32,000 nt of DNA from Buchnera aphidicola (Therioaphis trifolii) (GCF_005080705.1 NZ_CP032996.1:387294-419293); one strand, 5' to 3'. Positions 1 through 10,296 are shown, counted from the stretch's first letter. The notes: generated by a model from the letters alone, not told the origin. Numbers and translations: made by a program.

Positions 1-1
1 T

Positions 2-382
2 CAAAAAAATATAAAAAAAAATAAAATAAAAAAAAAAACAATTTTTTATATGATATTACAATATAAAAATTTTATTGTTTTTGAAAACAGAAAAAAAAGA
101 ATATGGAATAAGTTATTTTGTTTTCCTGAATTTAATAATTTAAAAGAAATGCAATATTGGTTATTAAAAAATAATATTTTTAATTTTAATTATAAAAAAT
201 ATTTTTATAAAATACATAAATTAAGTCATTTAAAAATTAAAATGATTTTTATTAACATAAAAATAAAAAAAAAAATAAAAATTAATATCAATAAAAATAA
301 ATGTTGGTATAATTTAAAAAAAAAAATACATATTGGAATACCAAAACCAATATATGATATAATAATTCAATTACATAAATAA
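2..382 (+). CDS. mutY: Adenine DNA glycosylase MutY, C-terminal part (5' end lies outside the window)
   Basis: The frame of track ORF 50..382 stays open back to base 2 (my translation: QKNIKKNKIKKKTIFY-MILQYKNF...). It aligns with the E. coli MutY C-terminal domain: RIWNKLFCFPEF vs GLWGGLYCFPQF, HKLSHLKIKM vs HTFSHFHLDI, CWYNL vs LWYNL, IGIPKPIYDIIIQL vs VGLAAPVERLLQQL. yggX lies immediately downstream, as in E. coli. Confidence 0.8.
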   Translation, partial: QKNIKKNKIKKKTIFYMILQYKNFIVFENRKKRIWNKLFCFPEFNNLKEMQYWLLKNNIFNFNYKKYFYKIHKLSHLKIKMIFINIKIKKKIKININKNKCWYNLKKKIHIGIPKPIYDIIIQLHK

Positions 383-405
383 TTATTTAAATATGAAAAA
401 ATAAT

Positions 406-639
406 ATGAAATTTATTTTTTGTAAATATTTTAAAAAAAAATTAGAAGGTTTTGAAAAACCATTTTATCCTGGTGAAATAGGAAAAAAAATTTACAATAA
501 TATTTCTAAAAAAGCTTGGAAAATATGGATTCATGAACAAACAAAATTTATTAATGAAAATAATTTAAATATGATTAATCAAAAAGATAACAATAAAGTT
601 GAACAATATATGATAAAATTTTTATTTAAAAAAAAATAA
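406..639 (+). CDS. yggX: Fe(2+)-trafficking protein YggX
   Basis: The 77-aa product matches E. coli YggX: IFC.F, YPGEIGKKIYNNISKKAW vs YPGELGKRIYNEISKEAW, and INE..LNM. It sits downstream of mutY as in E. coli. Confidence 0.9.
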   Translation: MKFIFCKYFKKKLEGFEKPFYPGEIGKKIYNNISKKAWKIWIHEQTKFINENNLNMINQKDNNKVEQYMIKFLFKKK

Positions 640-645
640 AAAAAA

Positions 646-2058
646 TTATATAATTATTGAATATACATATTTTTTTAAATCTATTAATAAATTATATTTT
701 TTAACATTATAACGATATATTTCTAATAATTGATTTAATTTTATAAAATATTCATTTAAATTACTTAAATTAAATATTTTTTTACGATAATTAAACCATA
801 TTTTTTTTTCATTTTCTTTTAATAAATTAGGAAAGTTTCTTGCTTTTAATCTGAAAAATATTTCTTCTAAATTTTTATTTAAAAAATTAACATTTATTTT
901 TTTCCAAAAATTTATTTTAATAGTTTGTATTTTTTTCATAATATTTTTATCTTTTTCAGAAAAAAAAGAATGATATATTTTTAAATCAACATTATTTGTA
1001 ATATTATTATAAGTATAATTTTTTAAAAATTTTTTAATTTTATTAAAAATTAATTTTTCTTTTTGTAAAATATCAATTTTTTTTAAAAATAAATCAAGAT
1101 TTATATTTAATTTTGTTAATTTATTTTTATTAAAAAAATCAATTGGAACCAATATAGGACATTTATTTATTTTTAAAAAATTTATTCCTAATTTATATAA
1201 TGTTTGAATATTAATATTATGAATTTTTGTTTTATATAAATATTTAATTAATAAATCAACATCCATATGTAAATTAAAAAATAATAAATTATTAGGATTA
1301 TTAGAATCCCACAAAATAGGAAGAATACAAATTAAATTATTTTTTAATTTATTAAAAAAATTTACAATATAAATTAAAGGAATATAATTTTGAATATCAA
1401 TTAAATTTTTAATATTTTTTTTTAATCTATATTTAAATAAAAAATCAAATAATTCAGGTTTTTTTTTTTTTATTAAACGAGCTAAATCAATAGTTGCATA
1501 TACATCAGATAAAGCATCATGTGAATTGTGTTTAATATTATTAATTTTAGTTAAATCTTCTAATTTAAAACTTATATATCCTAATTTATTTTTTGGCCAT
1601 AAAATATTATTAGGAGATAAAATATAACAAGCTTGGATAATTTGTATTAAATCCCATCTAGAATTACCATTTTTCCAACTCCAAGAATAAGGATCTAAAA
1701 AATTTCTATAAAAAATATTTCTTGTAATTTCATCATCAAATTTAATATTATTATAACCAATAATACACATATTATTAATATTTAAAATTTTAAATATTTT
1801 TTTAGAAAAAAAAAATTCATTCATACCATATTTTATGGTATATTGAGGTGTAATTCCAGTTAATAGAATTGATTCTGGATTAGGTAAATAATCATTAGAA
1901 GGATAACAATATAAACAAATTGGATCTTGAATAATATTTAAATCAAAATCAGTTTTTATACATGCAAATTGAGCAGGTTTATCTAAAGCAGGATGAATTC
2001 CAAATGTTTCATAATCATAAAATAAAAAACTAAAATTATTATTTTTTAAATTAATCAC
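646..2058 (-). CDS. sbcB: Exodeoxyribonuclease I (SbcB)
   Basis: FLFYDYETFGIHPALDKPAQFACIKTD matches E. coli SbcB FLFHDYETFGTHPALDRPAQFAAIRTD. The track ORF runs to 2121, but its first 21 codons overlap tRNA-Asn. I place the start at the in-frame GTG at 2058..2056, which gives about 470 aa against 475 aa in E. coli. Confidence 0.9.
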   Translation of the reverse strand: MINLKNNNFSFLFYDYETFGIHPALDKPAQFACIKTDFDLNIIQDPICLYCYPSNDYLPNPESILLTGITPQYTIKYGMNEFFFSKKIFKILNINNMCIIGYNNIKFDDEITRNIFYRNFLDPYSWSWKNGNSRWDLIQIIQACYILSPNNILWPKNKLGYISFKLEDLTKINNIKHNSHDALSDVYATIDLARLIKKKKPELFDFLFKYRLKKNIKNLIDIQNYIPLIYIVNFFNKLKNNLICILPILWDSNNPNNLLFFNLHMDVDLLIKYLYKTKIHNINIQTLYKLGINFLKINKCPILVPIDFFNKNKLTKLNINLDLFLKKIDILQKEKLIFNKIKKFLKNYTYNNITNNVDLKIYHSFFSEKDKNIMKKIQTIKINFWKKINVNFLNKNLEEIFFRLKARNFPNLLKENEKKIWFNYRKKIFNLSNLNEYFIKLNQLLEIYRYNVKKYNLLIDLKKYVYSIII

Positions 2059-2091
2059 AATATTATATTTAAAAAAAATTAAAAAAATTAT

Positions 2092-2164
2092 CTCCTCCGA
2101 CTGGGCTCGAACCAGTGACATACGGATTAACAGTCCGCCGTTCTACCAACTGAACTACAGAGGA
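2092..2164 (-). tRNA. tRNA-Asn (anticodon GUU)
   Basis: The reverse complement reads tcctctgtagttcagttggtagaacggcggactGTTaatccgtatgtcactggttcgagcccagtcggaggag. It is near-identical to E. coli tRNA-Asn, folds as a cloverleaf with a 7-bp acceptor stem, and encodes no CCA. Confidence 0.95.
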
Positions 2165-2176
2165 TTATATATTTAT

Positions 2177-2205
2177 ATATTACCATGTAAAAATAATTTT
2201 GTCAA
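2177..2205 (-). promoter_or_regulatory. Candidate sigma-70 promoter for tRNA-Asn (and sbcB)
   Basis: On the minus strand: TTGACA (2205..2200), a 17-nt spacer, then TAATAT (2182..2177), ending about 12 nt before the tRNA 5' end at 2164. Confidence 0.45.
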
Positions 2206-2227
2206 AAACTTTTAATTATATTATAAT
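2199..2227 (+). promoter_or_regulatory. Candidate sigma-70 promoter for tRNA-Ile2
   Basis: On the plus strand: TTGTCA (2199..2204), a 17-nt spacer, then TATAAT (2222..2227), about 46 nt upstream of the tRNA at 2274. Confidence 0.45.
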
Positions 2228-2273
2228 AAATATATAATATAATAAATTAAAATATTATAATATTTTTTAAATA

Positions 2274-2345
2274 GGCCCTTTAGCTCAGTGGTAGAGCACG
2301 CGACTCATAATCGCTTGGTCGCTGGTTCAAATCCAGCAAGGGCCA
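2274..2345 (+). tRNA. tRNA with CAU anticodon, most likely tRNA-Ile2 (lysidine-modified), ileX-like
   Basis: ggccctttagctcagtggtagagcacgcgactCATaatcgcttggtcgctggttcaaatccagcaagggcca. The body matches my recollection of E. coli ileX (GGCCCCUUAGCUCAGUGGUUAGAGCAGGCGACUCAUAAUCGCUUGGUCGCUGGUUCAAGUCCAGCAGGGGCCA), not elongator or initiator tRNA-Met. No CCA is encoded. Confidence 0.85.
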
Positions 2346-2473
2346 ATTTTATAATTAAATAATTTTTTAATAAAATTAATTAAGTTACTAAAAAATATAT
2401 TATAAATTAGTTAATTATTATATATATATTAAAAAATATAAAATTATATATTATATTATATCTTTATAAAAAT

Positions 2474-2501
2474 AAAGATGTATTATAAATAATACATCTT
2501 T
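2474..2501. terminator. Perfect 12-bp hairpin, candidate bidirectional intrinsic terminator between convergent tRNA-Ile2 and rplI
   Basis: aaagatgtatta-taaa-taatacatcttt. It contains G/C pairs in an otherwise AT-only spacer. It is followed by ttt on the plus strand and by attttta on the minus strand. Confidence 0.5.
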
Positions 2502-2545
2502 TTAATTACATTCTTTAATAATATATTATATTATATAAATTATAA

Positions 2546-2995
2546 TTAACGAGAAAGTATTTTAATTGCTATATAACATGATACTTCTTTATGAGGTTGA
2601 AATATAATATTATAATTGCCTAAATTACGAATTAACCCATCTCTAATTATTAATTCATTTTTTTTAATTTTAATTCCTAATCCAGTAATTGCATTTAAAA
2701 TTTCTTTTAATCCAATTGATCCAAATAATTTTCCTTTTTTACTTGCTTTTGAAAAAATAACAATTGGAGTTTTTTCTTTAATTTTTCTAATTCTTAAATA
2801 TGAATTTTTAATTTTTATAATTTCTTTAATTTGAACATCTTGTTTTTTATTTTGTAAATTTTGAATATTTTCTTTATTTGCAAATAATGCCATACCATAT
2901 GGTATGAGATAATTTCTAGCATATCCTGATTTTACTGTAATAATATTTCCAAATTTACCTAAATTTTGAATATCTTTTAATAAAATAATTTTCAT
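2546..2995 (-). CDS. rplI: 50S ribosomal protein L9
   Basis: MKIILLKDIQNLGKFGNIITVKSGYARNYLIPYG is the typical L9 N-terminus. The gene lies in the rpsF-rpsR-rplI cluster, with an AAAGGT SD-like motif upstream. Confidence 0.95.
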   Translation of the reverse strand: MKIILLKDIQNLGKFGNIITVKSGYARNYLIPYGMALFANKENIQNLQNKKQDVQIKEIIKIKNSYLRIRKIKEKTPIVIFSKASKKGKLFGSIGLKEILNAITGLGIKIKKNELIIRDGLIRNLGNYNIIFQPHKEVSCYIAIKILSR

Positions 2996-3031
2996 TTTTA
3001 CCTTTTTTCTTATTTTTTTTATAAAATTATA

Positions 3032-3259
3032 TTAACGATGTTGATCAGTATAAGAAATTAATGCAAGATATCGAGCACGTTTTATAGCTCGAGATAATTG
3101 TTTTTGATATTTTGAACATGTTCCTGTTATTCTACTAGGAACAATTTTACTATTTTCAGTAATATAATTTTTTAAAATAGATATATCTTTATAATCAATA
3201 TGAGTAATTTTTTCTGCTGTAAATCTACAAAATTTTCTTCTTCGAAAATATCGAATCAT
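3032..3259 (-). CDS. rpsR: 30S ribosomal protein S18
   Basis: [14 protein letters not shown]...[23 protein letters not shown] is near-identical to E. coli S18. Confidence 0.97.
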   Translation of the reverse strand: MIRYFRRRKFCRFTAEKITHIDYKDISILKNYITENSKIVPSRITGTCSKYQKQLSRAIKRARYLALISYTDQHR

Positions 3260-3311
3260 ATTTTTTCCTTAAAAATTATATATTTAAAAATTAAATAATA
3301 AAAAAATTTAA

Positions 3312-3656
3312 TTATTTTAATATTTTTTTATCATCTTTCATCTTTAAGATTGGTGATGAAATTTGAATTTTATCTTTTTTATGAATAATTAAATTACGAA
3401 TAATAAGATTATTAAAACGAAATTTTTCTTTTAATTGTATAATAATATTAGGAGATAATTCAATATTCATTAATATATAATATGCTTTACGTAATTTTTT
3501 AATAGAATATGCTAATTGTCTTCTTCCCCAATCTTCAAAACGATGTATTAATCCTTTATTCTTTGTAATAAACATTTTATATTCATTAATAATTTTCATT
3601 AATTGCTCTGATGTTTGATCAGGATGTATCATAAGTACAATTTCATAATGACGCAT
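3312..3656 (-). CDS. rpsF: 30S ribosomal protein S6
   Basis: [14 protein letters not shown]...[29 protein letters not shown] matches E. coli S6. Confidence 0.97.
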   Translation of the reverse strand: MRHYEIVLMIHPDQTSEQLMKIINEYKMFITKNKGLIHRFEDWGRRQLAYSIKKLRKAYYILMNIELSPNIIIQLKEKFRFNNLIIRNLIIHKKDKIQISSPILKMKDDKKILK

Positions 3657-3807
3657 GAAAATAAAATTCCTTATAAATTATTTTTTAATATATTATATAA
3701 TATATAATATAAAATAATATTATATATTATTAAATATATTAAAAAATTTAAAAAATATTTAATTATATAAATAATAAAAATTATTATATATATTAAAATA
3801 AATAAAG

Positions 3808-5148
<1,341 letters not shown>

Positions 5149-5178
5149 TTAAAAAATAAATACTTTAAAAAAATATAT

Positions 5179-5760
5179 TTAATTATTTAACCAATTTAAT
5201 GTATCATTTAACAATTTAAAACCATATGTAGTTAAAATAGATTCTGGATGAAATTGAAAACCACAAACTTTATCATAATCATTTCGAACTGCCATTACCA
5301 TATTATTTGATATAGCATTAATAATTAATTTTTTTGAAATATTTTTACAAATTAAAGAATGATATCGCGCTACTAATAATGGACTCGAAAAATTAGAAAA
5401 CATTGCTTTTTGATCATGATATATATATGATGTTTTTCCATGTAAAATTTTATCTGCATATCCTATTGTTCCACCATAATACTGTACAATAGCCTGATGA
5501 CCTAAACAAATACCAATAATAGGTATTTTACCAATTACTAATTTTAATAAATGTAACATACAACCAGAATGTTCCGGTTTACCAGGACCTGGTGATAATA
5601 ATATTATTGGATTTTTTAATTTTAATAATCTTGATAAAATAATATTAATTGAAATATTATTACGATAAATTATAACATTATTCCCAGTACATCTTAATTG
5701 ATCTACAATATTATATGTAAAAGAATCAAAATTATCTATTAATAAAATATCTCGATACAT
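5179..5760 (-). CDS. trpG: Anthranilate synthase component II (glutamine amidotransferase, stand-alone)
   Basis: ILLIDNFDSFTYN, the GICLGHQ nucleophile elbow and FQFHPES His/Glu are present. The ATG lies 2 nt after the trpE stop. Confidence 0.95.
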   Translation of the reverse strand: MYRDILLIDNFDSFTYNIVDQLRCTGNNVIIYRNNISINIILSRLLKLKNPIILLSPGPGKPEHSGCMLHLLKLVIGKIPIIGICLGHQAIVQYYGGTIGYADKILHGKTSYIYHDQKAMFSNFSSPLLVARYHSLICKNISKKLIINAISNNMVMAVRNDYDKVCGFQFHPESILTTYGFKLLNDTLNWLNN

Positions 5761-5762
5761 GT

Positions 5763-7334
5763 TTATAATATGCCTTTTTTATAATTAGACTGAATAATAG
5801 AATCTAAAACTACTTGTGCTTTATTACGACTTTCATTAGCTTCTTCAATAGGAATAGAATCCAAGACAATACCAGCTCCAGCTTGAACAGTAGCAATATT
5901 ATTTTCAATATATGCCGATCTAATAATAATACATGTATCTAATAATCCTGATGCTGTAAAATAACCAATTGCTCCTCCATAACTACCACGTGTTACTTTT
6001 TCTATTTGAGAAATTAATTCCATAGCCCGAATTTTTGGAGCTCCAGTTAAAGTACCCATATTCATACATGCTAAATATGCATGTAAAACATCTAAATCAT
6101 GTTTTAACGTTCCTATAACTTTTGACACCAAATGCATAACATGAGAATATTTATCAACTTTAGTTAATTGAGAAACAAATCTAGTACCTGGTATACAAAT
6201 TTTCGCTAAATCATTTCTTGCTAAATCTACTAACATTACATGTTCTGATAATTCTTTATGATTAGTTCTCATTTCTAATTCTATTCTACTATCAAAATCT
6301 AAATTTAAATTTCCTAAATTATCAAAACCTCTAGGTCGTGTTCCAGCAATAGGATAAATTTCAATTTTTCGATTTTTAGGATTATATTTTAATGAACTTT
6401 CAGGAGATGCTCCAAATAAAGTAAATTTTATATCCTGCATAAAAAACATATAAGGACTAGGATTATTTAATTTAAGAGTATCGTATGCTGATAAGGGATA
6501 TGGACAAGATAAAAAAAATTTTCTTGACGGAACAACTTGAAATATTTCTCCTTTTTTTATGTATTCTTTCATTGTTTTTACAATTTTTTGATATTGAATA
6601 TCATTAAAATTAACTGTAATATTAGATCCATATATTTTTTTAATAGGTATATTAGTTAATTTTTTATTTAATTGTTTTTGAATATTAAATAATCTTTTTT
6701 GAATTCGAATTTTTTCTGAAATATCTTTAGAAAATATACTACCTTGAATTATACTAGTTTTATTTAAATGATTAATTGTTAATAATACTTCAGATAAATA
6801 AAAACAAAAATTTGGACATTGCTGAAAATTTTTTGTTTTAGGTAAAATTTCAAATGTATTTACTAAATCATATGAAAACATTCCTCCAAAAAAAATAGAA
6901 TCTAAATCATTTTGATCTAATATTAATAATTTAAAAATAAATCGAAAACAATCTAATACTGATAATGATCTTAATTTAATATCTTCATCTAAATTGAAAT
7001 TATATTTTGGAAATATTAATTTTAATTTATTTTTATAATAATAAATTTTTATTTCTTTAGGAATAACCATATATATTCTATCTAAAATATTTTTACCATT
7101 TTGAGTAATAGATTCAAAAATTACTGTTTTTTTATATGATGTAATACGTATTGCAGAATCTATAATCATCATACTTTTAACTTGATTTCTTTTATTAATT
7201 TCAGCAGATTCTAATAATAAAGTTGATTTTTTATTACCACAAATTTCATAAAAAACTGCTGCTGGATTATTTTTATATGGAGCATCTATTTTTATAATTT
7301 CAACTTCACATTTTTGATTTTCAATATTTATCAT
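5763..7334 (-). CDS. trpE: Anthranilate synthase component I
   Basis: The 523-aa product carries LLLESAE, NPSPYMFF, IAGTRPRG, GTLTGAPKIRAME and GGAIGYF motifs of TrpE. Confidence 0.96.
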   Translation of the reverse strand: MINIENQKCEVEIIKIDAPYKNNPAAVFYEICGNKKSTLLLESAEINKRNQVKSMMIIDSAIRITSYKKTVIFESITQNGKNILDRIYMVIPKEIKIYYYKNKLKLIFPKYNFNLDEDIKLRSLSVLDCFRFIFKLLILDQNDLDSIFFGGMFSYDLVNTFEILPKTKNFQQCPNFCFYLSEVLLTINHLNKTSIIQGSIFSKDISEKIRIQKRLFNIQKQLNKKLTNIPIKKIYGSNITVNFNDIQYQKIVKTMKEYIKKGEIFQVVPSRKFFLSCPYPLSAYDTLKLNNPSPYMFFMQDIKFTLFGASPESSLKYNPKNRKIEIYPIAGTRPRGFDNLGNLNLDFDSRIELEMRTNHKELSEHVMLVDLARNDLAKICIPGTRFVSQLTKVDKYSHVMHLVSKVIGTLKHDLDVLHAYLACMNMGTLTGAPKIRAMELISQIEKVTRGSYGGAIGYFTASGLLDTCIIIRSAYIENNIATVQAGAGIVLDSIPIEEANESRNKAQVVLDSIIQSNYKKGIL

Positions 7335-7541
7335 ATATTTATTTTATATTAAATAATTGTTTATATTATTATTTAAAATATATTTTATATTAAATAAATT
7401 ACATTATTATATAATAATATAAAATTAAATAATTTAATATAAAATATAATAAATAGTATAATCAATTATTAAAATAAATAAATAATATTTATAAAAAAAA
7501 TTATTTTATTAAATTTAAATATTTAAAAAATAAATATATAT

Positions 7542-8492
7542 TTATTTAAAAAATAAATATTGATAATAAATAATTTTTAATATTTTTTTAATTAATATAT
7601 TTATATTTGTATCAAATAAAAAATTAATATTTTTCCATGTTTTTAACCAAGTTATTTGTTTTTTTGAAAAATTATATGTAGATGTTATTGATAATTTAAT
7701 CATTTCATCATAACTAATATTATTTAAAAAATACATCCACATTTGTCGATATCCAATACAACGTATAGAAGGTAATTTCATATTTAAATCACCACGATAA
7801 AATAATTTCTTTACTTCTAACTCAAAACCTTGATGTAACATATAATAAAATCGATTTTTAATATTATTATATAAATATTTTTTTTTTGGAATAATAGCAA
7901 ATTGTATTGTTTGATATGGGAATATATTTAAAATATTTTTTTTTAAAAAACTCATTTTTTTTCCAGTAATTAAATATACTTCTAATGCACGTATTATTCT
8001 TTGAATATCATTAGGATGAATTTTTTTATAAGAATCATGATCAATTAAAGATAAATATCTATATAAAAAATTATCATTTTTTATTGTACTATAATATAAT
8101 AATTTTTTTCGTAAACTTAAATTTGATTTTGGTAAAATAGATATTCCATGAAGTAAAATATAATAATAAAACATAGTACCCCCAACAAGTAAGGGGATTT
8201 TATTCATTTTAAAAATTTTTTTAATTTCTATCATAACATCATGTCTAAAATTTGATACAGAATATAAATTACCAGGATCAATTAAATTAATTAATCGATG
8301 AGGATGATTTAATAAATCTATATCAGTAGGTTTAGAGGTTCCAATATTCATATTTTTATAAATTAAAGCTGAATCAACACTAATTAATTCTATAGGAAGA
8401 TAATTTCTTAATATCATTGCTAATTCTGATTTTCCAGATGCAGTAGGACCCATAAGAAAAATAACAATTTTTTTATTATAATAATTCAACAT
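7542..8492 (-). CDS. miaA: tRNA dimethylallyltransferase
   Basis: It has the LMGPTASGKS P-loop, ISVDSALIYKNMNIGTSKP, and a 316-aa length like E. coli MiaA. Confidence 0.93.
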   Translation of the reverse strand: MLNYYNKKIVIFLMGPTASGKSELAMILRNYLPIELISVDSALIYKNMNIGTSKPTDIDLLNHPHRLINLIDPGNLYSVSNFRHDVMIEIKKIFKMNKIPLLVGGTMFYYYILLHGISILPKSNLSLRKKLLYYSTIKNDNFLYRYLSLIDHDSYKKIHPNDIQRIIRALEVYLITGKKMSFLKKNILNIFPYQTIQFAIIPKKKYLYNNIKNRFYYMLHQGFELEVKKLFYRGDLNMKLPSIRCIGYRQMWMYFLNNISYDEMIKLSITSTYNFSKKQITWLKTWKNINFLFDTNINILIKKILKIIYYQYLFFK

Positions 8493-8496
8493 AATT

Positions 8497-10137
8497 TTAT
8501 TTTTTTATATTATTATAAAAATTTATTAATCCTTCTGTAGAAGAATCATAATTAAATTCTTTTTTCTTATTAACTAAATTTTTAAATATATTATTAGATA
8601 TATTTTTTCCAAGTTCCACACCCCATTGATCAAAACTAAAAATATTAAAAATTACACCCTGAGTAAATATTTTATGTTCATATAATGAAATTAATACACC
8701 TAAAGAATAAGGATCCATTTTTTGAAATAAAAATGAATTACTAGGACGATTTCCTTCAAAAAATTTAAATTTTTCTACATATTCATCATGTAAAGTATTT
8801 TTTTTTAAATTATTATTTTTATAAAAATTTTGTCCAAAAGCTAAAGCATGAGTTTGAGCAAAAAAATTAGATAATAATATTACATGATGATCATTAATAG
8901 GATTATGAGAAAAAATTGAAGCAATAAAATCACACGGAATTAATTTTGTTCCTTGATGTATTAATTGATAAAATGAATGTTGTCCATTTGTTCCTACTGT
9001 TCCCCAAATAATAGGTCCAGTTTGCCAAGAAACTTTATTTCCATTTTTATCAATATTTTTACCATTAGATTCCATATTACTCTGTTGAATATACATTGGA
9101 AAATTATATAAATATTGATCATAAGGTAAAATAGCTTCTGTTTCAGAATTAAAAAAATTATTATACCATATACCTATTAAACCTAATAAGACAGGAATAT
9201 TTTTTTCAAAACTTGTAGTTCTAAAATGAATATCCATATCATAAGCACCGCTTAATAATTGAATAAAATTATCAAATCCTAATGATAGGATAATTGATAA
9301 TCCCATCGCAGACCATAAGGAATAACGACCACCAACCCAATCCCATAATTTAAAAATATTTTCTTTAGTAATACCATAACGCATTGCTTCATTTTCATTT
9401 ACAGTAATTGCAAAAAAATGCTTATCTAAAATATTTTTATTATTTACTTTTTTAAAAAAAATATCTTTAATAGTTTTAAAATTAACAATAGTTTCTTGTG
9501 TAGTAAAAGTTTTAGAAGATATTAAAAATATTGTAGTTTCAAAATCAATTAATTTCAAAATATTAAAAATTTCAGTACCATCAATATTAGAAATAAAAAA
9601 AATATTTAAATGATTTTTATAAAAACGTAATGCTTCAGTTACCATTTTAGGTCCTAAATCTGAACCACCGATACCTATATTTACAACATTTTGAATACTT
9701 TTTCCAGAATATCCTTTCCATGTTCCATTTATTATTTTTTCTGAAAAATATTTCATTTTATTTAATACTTTATTAATTTCTAACATTATATCAGATTCAT
9801 TAAAAAAAATTGGATTATTACTAAAATTTCTTAAAGCAGTATGTAAAACAGGGCGTTGTTCAGTTAAATTAATTTTCTCACCACAAAACATTGATTCAAT
9901 TGCTTGAGATAAATTCATTTCTTTAGCTAAATTTAATAATATTTTTATTGTTGTATTAGTAATTCTATTTTTTGAAATATCAACTAATAATTTATTTTTA
10001 AAATTAAAAGAAAAATTTTTAAAACGATTATTATCATTTTTAAATAAATCAAATAGATGTAAATTGTGTATTTCTTTAAAATGTATATTTAAATTTTTCC
10101 AAGAATTAGTTTGATTAGGAATAGGATGTTTAATCAT
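8497..10137 (-). CDS. pgi: Glucose-6-phosphate isomerase
   Basis: The 546-aa product carries [31 protein letters not shown] and [11 protein letters not shown] motifs. Confidence 0.96.
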   Translation of the reverse strand: MIKHPIPNQTNSWKNLNIHFKEIHNLHLFDLFKNDNNRFKNFSFNFKNKLLVDISKNRITNTTIKILLNLAKEMNLSQAIESMFCGEKINLTEQRPVLHTALRNFSNNPIFFNESDIMLEINKVLNKMKYFSEKIINGTWKGYSGKSIQNVVNIGIGGSDLGPKMVTEALRFYKNHLNIFFISNIDGTEIFNILKLIDFETTIFLISSKTFTTQETIVNFKTIKDIFFKKVNNKNILDKHFFAITVNENEAMRYGITKENIFKLWDWVGGRYSLWSAMGLSIILSLGFDNFIQLLSGAYDMDIHFRTTSFEKNIPVLLGLIGIWYNNFFNSETEAILPYDQYLYNFPMYIQQSNMESNGKNIDKNGNKVSWQTGPIIWGTVGTNGQHSFYQLIHQGTKLIPCDFIASIFSHNPINDHHVILLSNFFAQTHALAFGQNFYKNNNLKKNTLHDEYVEKFKFFEGNRPSNSFLFQKMDPYSLGVLISLYEHKIFTQGVIFNIFSFDQWGVELGKNISNNIFKNLVNKKKEFNYDSSTEGLINFYNNIKK

Positions 10138-10184
10138 ATATTTACCTTTTATATGTAATAATTTATTTAAATATTAATATAAAA

Positions 10185-10213
10185 CTTGAAAAAAAAAAAG
10201 ATTATCCCTATAT
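10185..10213 (+). promoter_or_regulatory. Sigma-32 (RpoH) heat-shock promoter of ibpA
   Basis: CTTGAA (10185..10190), a 15-nt spacer, then CCCTATAT (10206..10213), against the consensus CTTGAA-N13-17-CCCCATNT. These are almost the only G/C residues in an AT-only spacer, about 85 nt upstream of the ibpA ATG. Confidence 0.65.
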
Positions 10214-10296
10214 TATCAAATAAAATATAATTTAAAAATATAAAATTTAAAAAATTTTAAAAAATATTCATATGATAATTGTTAAGGAGATTTAAT

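Noticed and set aside
50-382. Track ORF of 110 aa that looks like a low-complexity, Lys/Ile/Asn-rich stand-alone hypothetical protein
   Set aside because: It is not an independent gene. The frame is open back to base 2 and the product aligns with the C-terminal domain of MutY, so I re-annotated it as the 3' part of mutY.
2616-2834. 72-aa plus-strand ORF
   Set aside because: It lies entirely antisense within the well-supported rplI gene. The product is hydrophobic and low-complexity, as expected from the reverse complement of AT-rich coding sequence.
7340-7397. Exact 17-nt direct repeat tattttatattaaataa (7340..7356 and 7381..7397) upstream of trpE, a possible regulatory iteron or origin remnant like the ori-like regions of trpEG plasmids
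   Set aside because: It is A/T only. My rough estimate is that such a repeat arises by chance in a 200-nt two-letter spacer with probability around 0.1-0.2. I also saw no DnaA-box-like TTATCCACA.
10279-10296. TTG-initiated 6-codon extension of ibpA
   Set aside because: The extension itself encodes the AAGGAGA Shine-Dalgarno for the ATG at 10297.
10214-10296. Looked for a ROSE-like or fourU RNA thermometer pairing with the ibpA SD, as in the E. coli ibpA 5' UTR
   Set aside because: I found no anti-SD (TCTCCT/CTCCTT) or UUGCU-type element in the UTR, so there is no support for one.
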